Below, piece after piece: positions 50,800-63,039 of a DNA stretch of 64,000 nt (within the stretch, counting starts at the first letter, position 1; every line of letters begins with the position of its first letter). Position numbers and translations under genes: made by a program. The stretch spans positions 77,520-141,519 of the forward strand of contig NW_015173209.1 in assembly GCF_001447785.1 (NCBI RefSeq). Direction: 5' to 3'. Below the pieces are notes generated by a model. It was not told the origin of the DNA. It searched no databases and saw only the letters and a program-made list of their open reading frames with translations. This stretch comes from Gekko japonicus. Taxonomy: Eukaryota.

Positions 50800-52179
50800 T
50801 AGGGAAACAACTCTAGCACCTGCCAGTCTACAGTAGGAGTTTCTTGTGGCCACACAGATATTTCCTCAGAGATCTATACAGGAGAGAACAGGTAAATGCA
50901 AGATCCTTGCCTTGACCTGGATAGCCCAGGAAAGCCCGATCTCATCAGATCTCAGAAGCTAAGCAGGGCCAACCCTAGCAAGTACTTGGATGGGAGACCC
51001 CAGGGAATTCTACAGCTGGGCCACAGAGGCAGGCAATAGCAAGCCACCTCTCTAAAATGTCCAAGCTCCGCTAGGGGTCACCAGAAGTCAACCATGACTC
51101 CCATGTACACACACAGAGACACACACACCCACACACACACAAATACTCACAAAAAAAAAAAATACAAAATGCCAACTGGGCAAAATGCCATGGACTCTAT
51201 CATGAAACAGCACCCAAAAAGTGTTTAAGAGCCACTACACAGCAAGATGCAATTATTGTCAAAGTATGCAAGGCAGATCCCATATGAAAGACCTGTACCA
51301 TCAAGGTAATAAATTTGAATAAAATGTCATTGAAACAGATTATGTTTCCCAAAGGACTAATTGTTAACAACCCTTCAAGAAGAAACTAATCACAGATTGT
51401 CAGAATCCTCCAAAAAAAAAGCCCTGTATAAATCACCATAGAAACATTTCAGTCCTTTGTGATAAAAAGAGGAGGCTATAGGGAAAGTATGTCAAAGTAT
51501 GCAAGGCAGATCCCATACGAAAGACCTGTACCATCAAGGTAATAAATGTGAATAAAATGTCATTGAAACAGATTATGTTTCCCAAAGGACTAATTGTTAA
51601 CAACCCTTCAAGAAGAAACTAATCACAGATTGTCAGAATCCTCCAAAAACTGATTATTTCAGGTTCTGGGGAATTCAGCACAAGGCCCAGCTCAGAGAAG
51701 CTCTTGAGGGAGCAGAACAATCCTTCAATTCTTTGGAGACAAAATCACAAGAATGTTTTAGGTTGGGATGACATAAAAACCATTTATTTAGCCTCCGGCA
51801 TCACAGGCAGAAATTATTGTTTAGGAGGGGCTGCATGTTAGGTTAGAGGTTTTAAACCATCCATGCATTATCCAGAAGGGAATTGTTGACTATGAGAGCT
51901 TGAAGTAGCCACCTTTGAAAATATGCACATATTGTTGAAAACCATGTACTGCCTTCAATTCTTTGGAGACAAAATCACAAGAATGTTTTAGGTTGGGATG
52001 ACATAAAAACCATTTATTTAGCCTCCTGCATCACAGGCATAAATTATTGTTTAGGAGGGGCTACATGTTAGGCTAGAGGCTATAAACCATCCATCCAACA
52101 CAAAATATTTGGGAACAGTGTCAGGTTCGATATGGAAGATGTCAGAGGGATAACTGGAGGGATAGATGAGTAAATTCAA

Positions 52180-52240
52180 ACCAATCTGTTGCATTGTCCT
52201 ATTAAGCCAAGAGAATGAAGGAGCAAACACTTGGTAAGTG
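52180..52240 (+). promoter_or_regulatory. Candidate 3' end of the non-coding first exon for the OR at 56717
   Basis: aatgaaggagcaaacacttg|gtaagtg, near-identical to 31953-31980. Confidence 0.5.
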
Positions 52241-52828
52241 TTTCTTGTTTGTTTGTTTTTATTTTCTTCTATTGTGAGTCTTACATGTTTAGCATCCAGT
52301 ATCAAATTTTGATGTGTTTTGTTTGCCTTTACCCTTTTCCTTTTAAAAATATTTACTGGAAGAGAGGTTAATGGATAAGGAAGGAATGGATGAAAGGGTA
52401 TGTCATAATTTTACATAGAGGTGTTTTTTTTTCTTTTTGATTCTGTTTGTACTATAGCACTGACAGGTTATGTGAGAACAATCCACCTAACTCTGCTCCC
52501 CCCCCCCCCGATAAATCTTGCACATCAGTCATTTATTATACTTCTTTACACATAAAATGATAGGATTCATTGCAACCAATTTCTCCACTGGTGAGAAAGG
52601 TCCCCTTTGACCACCAAAAAGTTATATCAAGGATTATGAAATCTTTGTAGACAAAAGCCACATGGAACAGTGGCTGTAGTAAGGAGAACCGGGAGGAACA
52701 GAATGACATCTTGTACAGAATAAGTACATAAGTATTTAGTTCCTATAGTTCTGTGTGCAAAATTGCAGCCAAGTTCATCTCAGCAGATGATGTGAGTATA
52801 GTGTGTAAGTTAGTAAAACAGTAAGTGT

Positions 52829-53110
52829 GGCTGCGATCATACGTACCAGAAGCTGTGACAGACATGCGATTCCCCCACGGATTAAAGGGATGTGATCAGA
52901 TGGACACATCTGTCCAGCATCCCGGAGTCGTTGCCGGGGCGTCTTGTTGCACTGCAGAAGCGTCGCAAATAGCCACTGGGGAAAGGCTAGTAGTATCCGG
53001 AACTGCGGGGTAGGTGGGCAGAAGTCTGATTGCGCAAATGAGTGTCAGTTCGCCCCGGGGCAAACAGCCTCGCTTCCCGCCCACAGTTCCTCGCTGGTGT
53101 GATCGGAGCC
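52829..53110. mobile_element. Harbinger-like MITE
   Basis: TIRs ggctgcgatcatac / gtgtgatcggagcc; TGT on both flanks. Confidence 0.6.
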
Positions 53111-54042
53111 TGTGTATGGTAGTGGTTAAGATGCTGAACTGCAGGTTGGAAGGTCGGCAGTTCAACAGTTCAAGACCCAAGTGCCGCATGACGGAGTAAG
53201 CTCCCATCTCTGGCCCCAGCTCTTGCCAACCTAGCGGTTCGAAAGCAAGAAATTGCAAGTAGATACATAGGTACCACTTTGGTGGTAAGGTAACAGCGTT
53301 CCATGTGCCTCGGTGTCTAGTCATGCTGGCCACATAACCACGGAAACAGCGCTGGCTCTGTGGCTTGGAAATGGAGATGAGCACCACAACCCTAGAGTCA
53401 ATTTCGGCTGGCTTTCAAGAAACCTTTAACTTTACTATGATAGTAAAATATCTCCTCATGTTCTCAAGTTCTATTGAATCCAAAGGGGCGTCTTGTTGCA
53501 CTGCAGAAGCGTCACAAATAGCCACTGGGGAAAGGCTAATAGTATCCGGAACTGCGGGGCAGGTGGGCAGAAGTCTGATTGCGCAAATGAGTGTCAGTTC
53601 GCCCCGGGGCAAACAGCCTCGCTTCCCGCCCACAGTTCCTCGCTGGTGTGATCGGAGTCTGTGTATGGTAATGGTTAAGATGCTGAACTGCAGGTTGGAA
53701 GGTCGGCAGTTCAACAGTTTAAGACCCAAGTGCCGCATGACGGAGTAAGCTCCCGTCTCTGGCCCCAGCTCTTGCCAACCTAGCGGTTCGAAAGCAAGAA
53801 ATTGCAAGTAGATACATAGGTACCACTTTGGTGGTAAGGTAACAGCGTTCCATGTGCCTCGGTGTCTAGTCATGCTGGCCACATAACCATGGAAACATCT
53901 TCGTACAGTGCTGGCTCTGTGGCTTGGAAATGGAGATGAGCACCACAACCCTAGAGTCAATTTCGGCTGGCTTTCAAGAAACCTTTAACTTTACTATGAT
54001 AGTAAAATATCTCCTCATGTTCTCAAGTTCTATTGAATCCAA
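52936..54042 (+). repeat. Tandem duplication of about 550 bp; each unit is part of the MITE plus a Sauria SINE (about 53115-53433, 53665-53993)
   Basis: Units start ggggcgtcttgttgcactgc at about 52936 and 53485; few SNPs and a 10-bp indel. Confidence 0.9.
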
Positions 54043-54464
54043 AATATGATTGGCTGGATCAATTTGATTGGCTGGATCAATTTTCCTGTTTGTGGGAAAG
54101 GGAGGAGGACTCCCTTTGGATCATCCAAAAATCTATGCAGAAATTATCTAGCATTAGGGGAACATTGGGTTGAATCCAGATAGCTTTTTAGGACAATCTC
54201 ACTTAACTCTCCTCTTTATTACATGGCTTATATCAATGCAGGTCACACAATCCCCAACATAGCTTTTTGGGTGGCCAAAGGGAACTCTTCCTCCTTTTTG
54301 CACCGGCTGAAATGCTGACTGGATCCATGTGGACCATCACACCCATAATGCAGAACATCCTGTGGAAACAGAGGAAAGGGATAGGATCCAAGACCTTATT
54401 TTCTCCCCTAGTCCTAGACATAATATTGATATTTTGCTGACACTAAACTATGATGATTATGGTG

Positions 54465-55520
54465 ATGATTTTAGTTACAAGACAAATAGTGGGAAAAAAC
54501 GCTGCCAGCCCATGGAACAGGCACCGGCGTTTGCCTATTCCCTGTTGTCCTGCAAGGCTCTTATGGACAAAGTTCATAAGTAATAAAACCTGGACTGTGC
54601 AAGCAATGCGCAAATAGGGACTGAACTGTGTGGTGACTCAAAAAGGATGCCAGCTAGACACACACACCCAGAAGCAGAAAGCTTTCCTGTGAGATGTTGT
54701 GCCAATGGTTCCTGGAAGGTACCTGCCCTCTTGCCTGCTGTAAGATGGACCAGCTTCCTAGTTATGTGAAGCACTGTAAACCCAGAGTAAAGACAGGAGA
54801 CAAAGAAATCTAAATGCCATGAGAAGTGTCTTCCAGCACAAGCAGGCAGCATTTCCCTCCTAGCTGAAAGGTGACAGACAGAAGACAATCATGGAAACTT
54901 AGTGACAAAGACTCTGGCCGCATGAGTCATAATCCCTTCAGGTGCCACTATTCAGCCCAAAGTTACTAGATCTCAATATTGTCCACTCCCTTAATCCCCT
55001 CCCCCTAAACCCTGCTCCAATAGGTTGTTTTGGGGATAGATTAGTAGGAGGTGGGCCAAGACATGTGACCAGCCTGGCCCAACCTCCAAAGCCCCCCTCT
55101 TAGAAGGGCTCCCAGCCACGTGGGCTCTCTCTCTCTCTGCACCTGAACCCTACCTATCTTGATGACTCTGGATTAGCTACCCAAGAGTCTTTCCACGTGT
55201 CTATGCTGGTTCAAGACCCCATTTCCCTATAGTCTCCCTCATTTTTTGCTCCATCCCGTCGTGGACAGGTAGCAGTATTACCCCTCAACAAAGCATCCTG
55301 CTAATGCGAAAGTGCTTTCCTCTTCTATCTAATTTTCATAGAACTGTAGAATTGCGAGTGTGTTTGTGATATTGTTTGCTTGTGATACATCTTCAGTAAA
55401 GGAAATCATTTTATACTGAAGCTTGTCTTTGAGTCTATTCCTGGTAAGCTGGGAAGAAGTGGGACCTCTGTATATAAAGGTGTTTGTTCCCTTATTGCTT
55501 TATTGTTCTTTTATAATATA
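54465..55520 (+). mobile_element. Possible solo LTR
   Basis: Compositionally distinct 1-kb block with LTR-like layout; termini and TSD not resolved. Confidence 0.3.
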
Positions 55521-55607
55521 TTCCCCAATTTTGATAATAACTCAGAGCAATCAGGCTAACACCCCACCTCCTCAGATGGAATCACGAAGATTAAGGCTCA
55601 GCATGAG

Positions 55608-55826
55608 TAGGGTTGCCAGGTCTGGGTTGGAAAATACCTGGAGACTTTGTGGGTGGATCCAGGAGATGGTGGGGTTTGGGGAGGGGAGGGGCCTCAGCAT
55701 GGTATAATGCAATACAGTCCACCCTTCAAAGCAGCCATTTTCTCCAGGGGAGCTGATCTTTGTCAGCTGGAGATCAGTTGTAAAAGCATGAGATCCCCAG
55801 GCCCCACCTGGAGGTTGGCAACCCTA
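55608..55826. mobile_element. hAT MITE (TAGGGTTGCCA TIR)
   Basis: TIRs tagggttgcca / tggcaacccta; perfect 8-bp TSD AGCATGAG. Confidence 0.9.
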
Positions 55827-56716
55827 AGCATGAGTGTGCTGACTAATCGGGGGTGGCTAGCTATTCCACGATCATTTTGCCCAGTGTAGATCCCCACCTG
55901 CCCACCCTTATTTCAAGACCATGTGGGACCACTGGTTGAGAGGCTGGGCAAGAGTTTTTTGAGCCTCACTTGGACTGGCCATGAGGGGGGCCTTTTTTTG
56001 TCTGCTCTGTATGGTATGAGGGGGTAAGGTATACATAGGCCTGGTAAAACTGGTTAGGCCTTGACTGAGAAAGCAGGAAAAGCATGGCTTGAGGAGGTTT
56101 TTGAACTGGCAAGCACCCCGAGATATCAGCAATGGGGGGTGGTCCTCAAACAGGGTACCTATAGGTTTGGCAGTCTGGGTGACTCAGTTGGGGGCCTTTT
56201 CCAGGTTGGGGGAGTATATGATGAGCTTTAAGGCGTAGCAGTCATGAGCAGGAATGTGCCCCTCCATCCCCTCTATGCACTGGCATGTGGGCCGTGATGA
56301 GTAAGATACAGAAAGAGTCTGGACCTGGCTGTGAGCCATGGTGGGTTTGCCCTGTTAGGAAGCTTGCTTAGCAAACACAATACAACCATTGCTTTGTGTA
56401 ATGAAATGGTGCAGATCAGCTTATGTGTAAATAAAATTCCCAGTTTAACCCATAACTTGTATGGTGTTCCATCTGAGGGGTGGCCAGGCAAAGACTTTGT
56501 TCTAATTCATTTTACAGATCTCTTAGATGGATCATGAAAAAGTGCTAGAAAAAGTAATTAAGTCCTTATCACTGGTGCTTCTCCAACAGTCAGTTCACGT
56601 CAGTGACTGCTTCAATCCACCTTTATAATGGAAGTCCCAAGTTCTTGAATTTAAGTAGTAATTCTGATTCTGAATGTTTCATTCAAAATTTTATCTCAGC
56701 AGATAAAACAGGGAAG

Positions 56717-57650
56717 ATGGGAGGAAATATTCAAGGAGGAGAAAATGAAACAGGAGTGATGGAATTCATCCTTCTCGGCTNNNNNNNNNNNNNNNNNNNN
56801 NNNNNNNNNNNNNNNNNNTTTCATGTACCTCCTGACAGTTTTGGGAAACATGTCCATCATAATTCTAGTAATAACACAACGGCGTCTCCATTCTCCCATG
56901 TACTTCTTCCTTTGCAATCTCTCTTTCCTAGAGATATGGTACACCACTGTGATCATTCCTAAGACCCTTGGAATCATTATGGGGAGTAGCAGAAGCATCT
57001 CTTTAGCTGGCTGCAATCTACAGATGTACTTAGTTTTTGCCTTTGGGTGCACAGAGTATTTCCTGCTTGCTGTCATGGCCTACGACCGATATTTGGCTAT
57101 ATGTTTCCCATTGCACTATAGCACCATCATGGACAGTAGCCTTTCTGGCAAGCTAGCAGTTGCCTCTTGGCTGTGTGGATTCCTTGTTATTTGTATACCA
57201 GCAATTATGATTTCAAGGTTATCCTTTTGTGGGACCAATGTGATTAATCATTTCTTGTGCAACATTGATTCATGGATAATTCTCTCCTGCACAGACACCT
57301 ATGCCATTGAATTGGCAGCTTTTATTATTTCCATCTTTGTAATCTTGGGCTCCTGTTTTATAACCCTTCTTTCCTACATATACATTATATCTACCATTCT
57401 ACAAATGGCTTCTGCCAAAGGACAACAGAAGGCCTTTTCTACATGCTCTTCCCATCTCGCTGTTGTAGTTATTTGGTATGGATCCACCATCTTTCTTTTT
57501 GTTAAGCCATCTAAGCGGACATCTTTAGAAATTACCAAAGTAGTGACCATCCTGAATACAATTGTGACACCAGTGCTGAATCCTTTCATTTATACCTTAA
57601 GAAACAAAGAGGTTAAGGAGGCTGTGAAAAATCTGTTGCACAGGGAATGA
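56717..57650 (+). CDS. OR6F1-like: Olfactory receptor OR6F1-like, probably intact; spans an N gap (56781-56818)
   Basis: MGGNIQGGENETGVMEFILLG [gap] MYLLTVLGN...MAYDRYLAIC...NPFIYTLRNKEV; no lesions outside the gap. Confidence 0.88.
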
Positions 57651-58090
57651 AAGAAGAATGTGCTGTTATATGCTCTGCAAGAGGACAGGATGTGATTTAA
57701 AAATCTCTAGAAAGCGTGTGGCTTTAGGCTTGGAGATGCACATTTTAATAAGGACTGGAAGTGTTTTGAAAGAATTTTCACTTCAAACACATGCAGAACT
57801 GTACAGACAAATGTGAAGATCAGTGTTGGATGGGAGATTAATATTAATTATTATTTATTATTGTTCTTTATTATTGTTATGGAAATTTGCTGCAGAAAGA
57901 TGAATGATTCAGGCTAATAAAGATGAAATTAAAATGAATATGAACAGTAATAAAGAAAGCAACTGAGTTTTAGCAAATCTTTGTCATTCTTTCAATAACC
58001 TTACAATATGAAGAATTAAAAAGATTATCAATCTGCTGTGGTTTAGCAGTGTTAGACTAAGAGTCGAGACACCGATAGTGAAATATTCCA

Positions 58091-58267
58091 CAGCCTCTCA
58101 GGCAAGTCGGCACTCAGCTCATCATTGTATGGATTTTTTGGTTGTTGTTATTTCCATAACAGCTTCTTTCATCACAAGACTGTCCTTCCTTCTGTGGGCC
58201 AAATGTGATTAACCAGTTCTACTGTAGCATTGGTTCCTGGATGGTCCTCTCTTGTACTGATGCTACC
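58091..58267 (+). pseudogene. OR6F1-like fragment (TM4-ECL2)
   Basis: Translates with shifts as SLSGKSALSS..YGFL...ITRLSF/CGPNVINQFYCSIGSWMVLSCTD. Confidence 0.82.
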
Positions 58268-58669
58268 TCTGTCAGTAAGGCAAGTGTGAGGACTAGATGT
58301 AGAAGATCTACCTCTATATCTCAGTGTGTACAGTAGAGAGCTAGAAGAAAAGCCAAGAAGAGTAAGTAGTGTTAGTGGGAAGAAGTTCAGCTTCTGTCAT
58401 GTACTGCAGCCATGGAAACCATGTGCGTACAAACCTAGAGTAGGTCATGGTGGTGCCCGATCGTTGTCTTTGAAATGAGTCAGAGATTCTGCACATAATA
58501 AACTGATCCCATACCTTATGTCTCCATATGGTCAGTGTCGGAGGAGAGGCAGAGTTCCAGGTAGTAGCTATGGCCAGGCAGGCCGCTGCCAGCAAAATAA
58601 AAGTAAATTCATTGTAGCTGTATTGTGAATCAGGTGTTTCTTGAATTTGAAGTAGGATAACTGGAATGA

Positions 58670-59010
58670 TAGGGTACCTACAACCCACTTCAGTCAACAT
58701 CCTAGCTGGAGCATTCTACACCAACTGAAAGTTCCTAGCACTTCTAAAAAGTAGCCCCACACAGAATACATTGGAGCAATCTAATCTCAATTAATCCTAG
58801 GCATGAACCACAATGGCCAGATCCTCTCTGCCCAGGAAAGGCCACAGCTGATGAACCAGTCAAAGCTAGTAAAAGGCACTCCTGGACACACTGCTGCGTG
58901 CTTATCCAGCAGTATGTCTGGGTCCCAGAGCATCCCCAAACCACAGACATATTCCTTCAAGAGAAGGCCAACCTTTTCCAGAATGGGTGACTCTTTAAAT
59001 CCCAGGTAAG
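58670..59010 (-). mobile_element. L2-clade RT fragment
   Basis: Minus strand agattagattgctccaatgtattctgtgtggggcta = RLDCSNVFCVGL (cf. RLDYCNALYVGL). Confidence 0.7.
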
Positions 59011-59547
59011 ACCACCTGCTCACCAATAGCACTTTTGCCATGTTGGAATAAAGCTTGATTAGTCTGCATCTTCTCTAAATAGTAAATTGAGTCTAAAAAG
59101 AAAACTATATTACCCATAAACAGACTCATTTTAAAAATATTGATTGATTGGCTGCCTCCAGGAGAATTGATTCCACAGCAACCACTCTGATTTGCAGATG
59201 TCTCCATCTGCAGACATCACTGATGCTTGCCATGACATGCATTTTTTTCCAACTTGAAATTCTTGGCTTCATTATTCATTGGGCATCATTTTGTTCATGG
59301 TGTTTCTTCTATATTTTGTAGCACTAAAATACAATTTTGTGAGGATCAATTTTGATTTCTCTTTTTCTTTACTTCCTGTGCACTAATCACAGCTCAGAGA
59401 GAGGTGGAGGAAAACTCCTCAAGAGTGATCCCCTCCATTAAAATTCTCCAGGGAAATGTACGGTCCCTGGGCAAGTCTCCATGGATTGCTCTAGGAATCT
59501 CTTCAGATCTGACAACCAGGAAACTGAAATCTCTTCAGTGAGTCTTT

Positions 59548-59861
59548 AGCCAAATCTGCATCTAGCATTTGCTCTGCTGTTACCAAACCCACACTGGAAC
59601 ATAAATTCCCATCTGCATTGAATGCCACTTTCACTTTGATTGAGTGTTGAATTTTATGGCAGCGTCCAGACTGCATGCTGCTTTCACTTCATTTGATCTC
59701 TGGTTTTATGTTGGCTGTCTGCATAGATTTATGGCCCTTTTATGGCCATTCAGGGGTGACTCTGCAGTCAGTAGGTGAACGTGGTTTTAAGCTGCATCTT
59801 TTTCTGTTCCAATGTGGGTTTGGTTATGACAACAGAGCAAATGCTAGATGCAGATTGGGCC
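59548..59861. mobile_element. Long-TIR MITE
   Basis: About 55-bp inverted ends aatctgcatctagcatttgctctg..ccaaacccaca.tggaaca; TTA/TTT flanks. Confidence 0.8.
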
Positions 59862-60183
59862 TTAGGGTTGTGATTATATATGCATCTCAAACTGTACACC
59901 GGGGGTTTCTTTCTTTTATTTCAGACTAGGGCCCAGATTTTCAGAGCAGTAAGCCTTTAATCTTGACTGCAGATTCTGTGCCCGCCTTATGCACCATTCT
60001 TTTTCCTCCAGTGTGGGGTGGTGGTGTGCAAAGATTTTTTTTTTAAAAAAAAATATATGCAATTGCCCTAGTGCAGCTGTGCAGTAGCATCCAGCAAGCA
60101 CCTTCCATTTTAAGTTTTGTGCATGCATTTTAGTGTTAGATCCTTGAATGAAAGGTAACAGAAGAGAATGCAGATAAAGGGGG

Positions 60184-60415
60184 GGGACCCAGTTTGGTGT
60201 AGTACTTAAGTGTGTGGACTCTAATCTCGGAGAACGGGGTTTGATTCCCCACTCCTCCACTTGCAGCTGCTGGATGACCTTGGGCAAGCCATAGTTCTGA
60301 CAAGAGCTGTCTTTGAAAGGGCAGTTCTTGAAAGAGCTCTTTCAGTTTCACCCACCTCACAAGATGTCTGTTGTGGGGGGAGGGAAAGGAGTTTGTAAAT
60401 CACTCTGAGACTCTG
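60184..60415 (+). mobile_element. Ther1/Squam3-type SINE
   Basis: ccagtttggtgtagt...ggtttgattccccactcctccacttgcagc. Confidence 0.85.
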
Positions 60416-60773
60416 ATCTTCTGTCATTTTGCTGCCCCTCTGAGGTCACTCCCCACTCACATTGAGGTCATTCCACTCACTCTGCACCTTCCACCAGCCT
60501 CCCCCCTTTATCAGTGTACAAGCTACATTTCCCCCTCATTTTTATCATTTTTTTAAACTAGGGGTGTGAGTCTAGAGATAGGTTTGATTCCCCACTGGTA
60601 TTGAATTACTGTTTTGCTTGGAAGCAAAACAAGGGGAAATCGGCACAGAAGCACTCTCAGAAAATGCAGGGAAACAACAGCCATAAAGCAAATTGAGCGC
60701 TGAAGGGAGGAAAATGAATGCAGAATGACAAAGAAAATCTGACATACATCCATGGTGAAAGCAAGGGAAAATA

Positions 60774-60781
60774 ACAACAAG

Positions 60782-60827
<46 letters not shown>

Positions 60828-61374
60828 TAATAATAATAATAACAACAACAACAACAACAACACTTTCCATTTATTAATCGCTTTCCCCAGTGGGCTCAAA
60901 GCGATGTACAGTTACTCAATATAGACAAGGGACTAACAATGTTTGTACGGGATAGGGAAGACAACATATATAAATTTTTAATTGCATGTGATGTAACTGT
61001 CCGGTGTAGACATCTTTCTGGCTGGCTGTGTCATTTTCCTGCACGGCTGCTTGCTGGCCAGGACCCGTATGTCAATCGCCACACTGCCACCGCCTGGGCA
61101 GAACATCCATTGCAGGATGTTCGTAGCCGGGAAGCTGTATCGCCTTACAAGCCTTGACCAGGACGTCCGACCGTCAGCTAACGCCCTCCCAGAAGGGAGA
61201 TTGGCGTGCCCACCCTCGCTAAGGAGTGGTTCCCATTTTATCTACTTGCCAAAGCTTTCGAATCACTGGGTGGACGATGAGCTGGGGACAACAGGCTGGC
61301 TGCTCACACCAGCACAGGGCTTGACCTAACACAGTTCAGATGTTAAGACAGTGGGATATATCCACTGTGCTACC
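60774..61374 (-). mobile_element. About 600-bp tRNA-headed SINE with L2-type 3' end and (GTT/ATT)n tail
   Basis: Minus head GGTAGCACAGTGG; boundaries defined by the empty site at 61500/61501. Confidence 0.7.
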
Positions 61375-63039
61375 ACCCATGGGTAATAGTTCTAGGTGAA
61401 TTGTAACAAGGCAGCCAATCAATAATACTGAAGGGAGGAAAATGAATGCAGAATGAAAAGAAAATTCGACAGACATCCATGGTGAAAGCAAGGGAAAATA
61501 CCCATGGGTAATAGTTCTAGGTGATTTGTAACAAGGCAGCCAATCAATAATACTTCAAAACCCAAGTAAGAGTAAAGATGTGAAATATCAGATGGAAAAC
61601 TGAGCAGATTCAATCAGAGTAGTAGTGCCTGCACACTCTTCATAAGGAATGGATGAAAATATGGCTGTATTTCACTGGCTTAGATCAAACCAGCTTTTCA
61701 CTCATGAAAAAGGAAAAGCCCCCCCCAAAAAAAAACAACAAAAAGGCGATGCTGGGGGTCATTGGGCTAGCATGTACAAAATCCTTATGGGATGTGGATT
61801 GGATGGAAAATGGTGATGTTGAGTAGATCAGGGAAACTGGTGAGGTTGAGTGGAAATGCTGTCTGGATCAAGCCCATTATTTCCCACAAACCTGTTTTGA
61901 ACAATAGCAATTGATCTGCACAATTTATTCCTTAATCTAGAATAGGGATGGGCATGAATTGCAGTTTTGTGGTTCACTTCAGTTCATGAACCACAAACTG
62001 AAATGAGCTGGAGGCTCCTAGGCAAACCAAACTGGTTCATGGCTTGTGGCCTCTGCAAGCCCCATTCAACGGGACCACAGTCCCTTTCAATGGGATTTGC
62101 AGAAAGCCAAAAAACCAGTTGAGCAGGCTGCTCCCTGCCACTCAGCTGTTTTTTTGTAGGAAGCAGAAAGCAGGGGGTTAAAGGGACTGAGTGGGGATCA
62201 TGGGACCTACATGGGGCTAGTTACCATGAGTGAATCTCATCTAAGGACTGCAACATTGGCAAGTCCTTAGTGTGAGTGTGGCAATAGTATACGGCATAAA
62301 GCTACAGTGGGTTTCACACTGAAAGAATTCCAGTCATCTATCCCAAGCCATGTTTCCCTAAGTATGTTGCATTAGGCCAAATATTTCCTAGCAGAAGCAG
62401 GGAAATTCATTTAGATTTGGCTATGGATCCTGAAGAAACTGCAGCCTCAAGTGCAAAAGTCACTGTCTGTCGAAAACTGACTTGCACAAATAAAAAATTT
62501 TTTGGGGGGGAAGGGGAGAAGCTTAGTGAGCTCTAATGGGAAAGGAAAACAGGAACATCTTACTCCATAAAGGATGCATGTGCTTGGATAAGCACCATTA
62601 TTTCATTAATCTTGAGACATTCAAGGCTTTCAGGAACTGAGGGGTGTAAGATGGTGACAGACATTGTCCTTCAGGCATTGTCCTTCAGTTGTTTTGTAGA
62701 TTTGGCTTTATCTGCACTATTTAAGAAATCTAATCTGGTTGTATTTGGTCTAATTGGATCTGAACCATCAGGTTTTGGACTCCTTTGTACTCTCCAGTTA
62801 CAAGCTGGATATTTTTAGCTTCTGGACAATACAGCAGCTGTGCCTTCGAGAGCTGTATATCTCTCACGCCCTCTGAAACACACACAGAACCAAAAGGGGG
62901 ACCTCTGCAGTCTGGAAATCAGTTTTAATTTCTGGAGATGTCCATGCCCCACCTGGAGGTTGGCAACCCTGGGTTCATTATTTCTGTTTTATCCAGCTCC
63001 TGGATGTTAATAACAGTTCACAAAGAGCAATAAATGTGG

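Noticed and set aside
52896-53960. 163-aa and 181-aa paired ORFs
   Set aside because: Chance frames through a duplicated MITE plus Sauria SINE
56781-56822. Frameshift in the OR at 56717
   Set aside because: Paralogs need 51 nt between the Gly and Met codons; 43 are present including 38 Ns, so the gap length is probably under-estimated by about 8 nt
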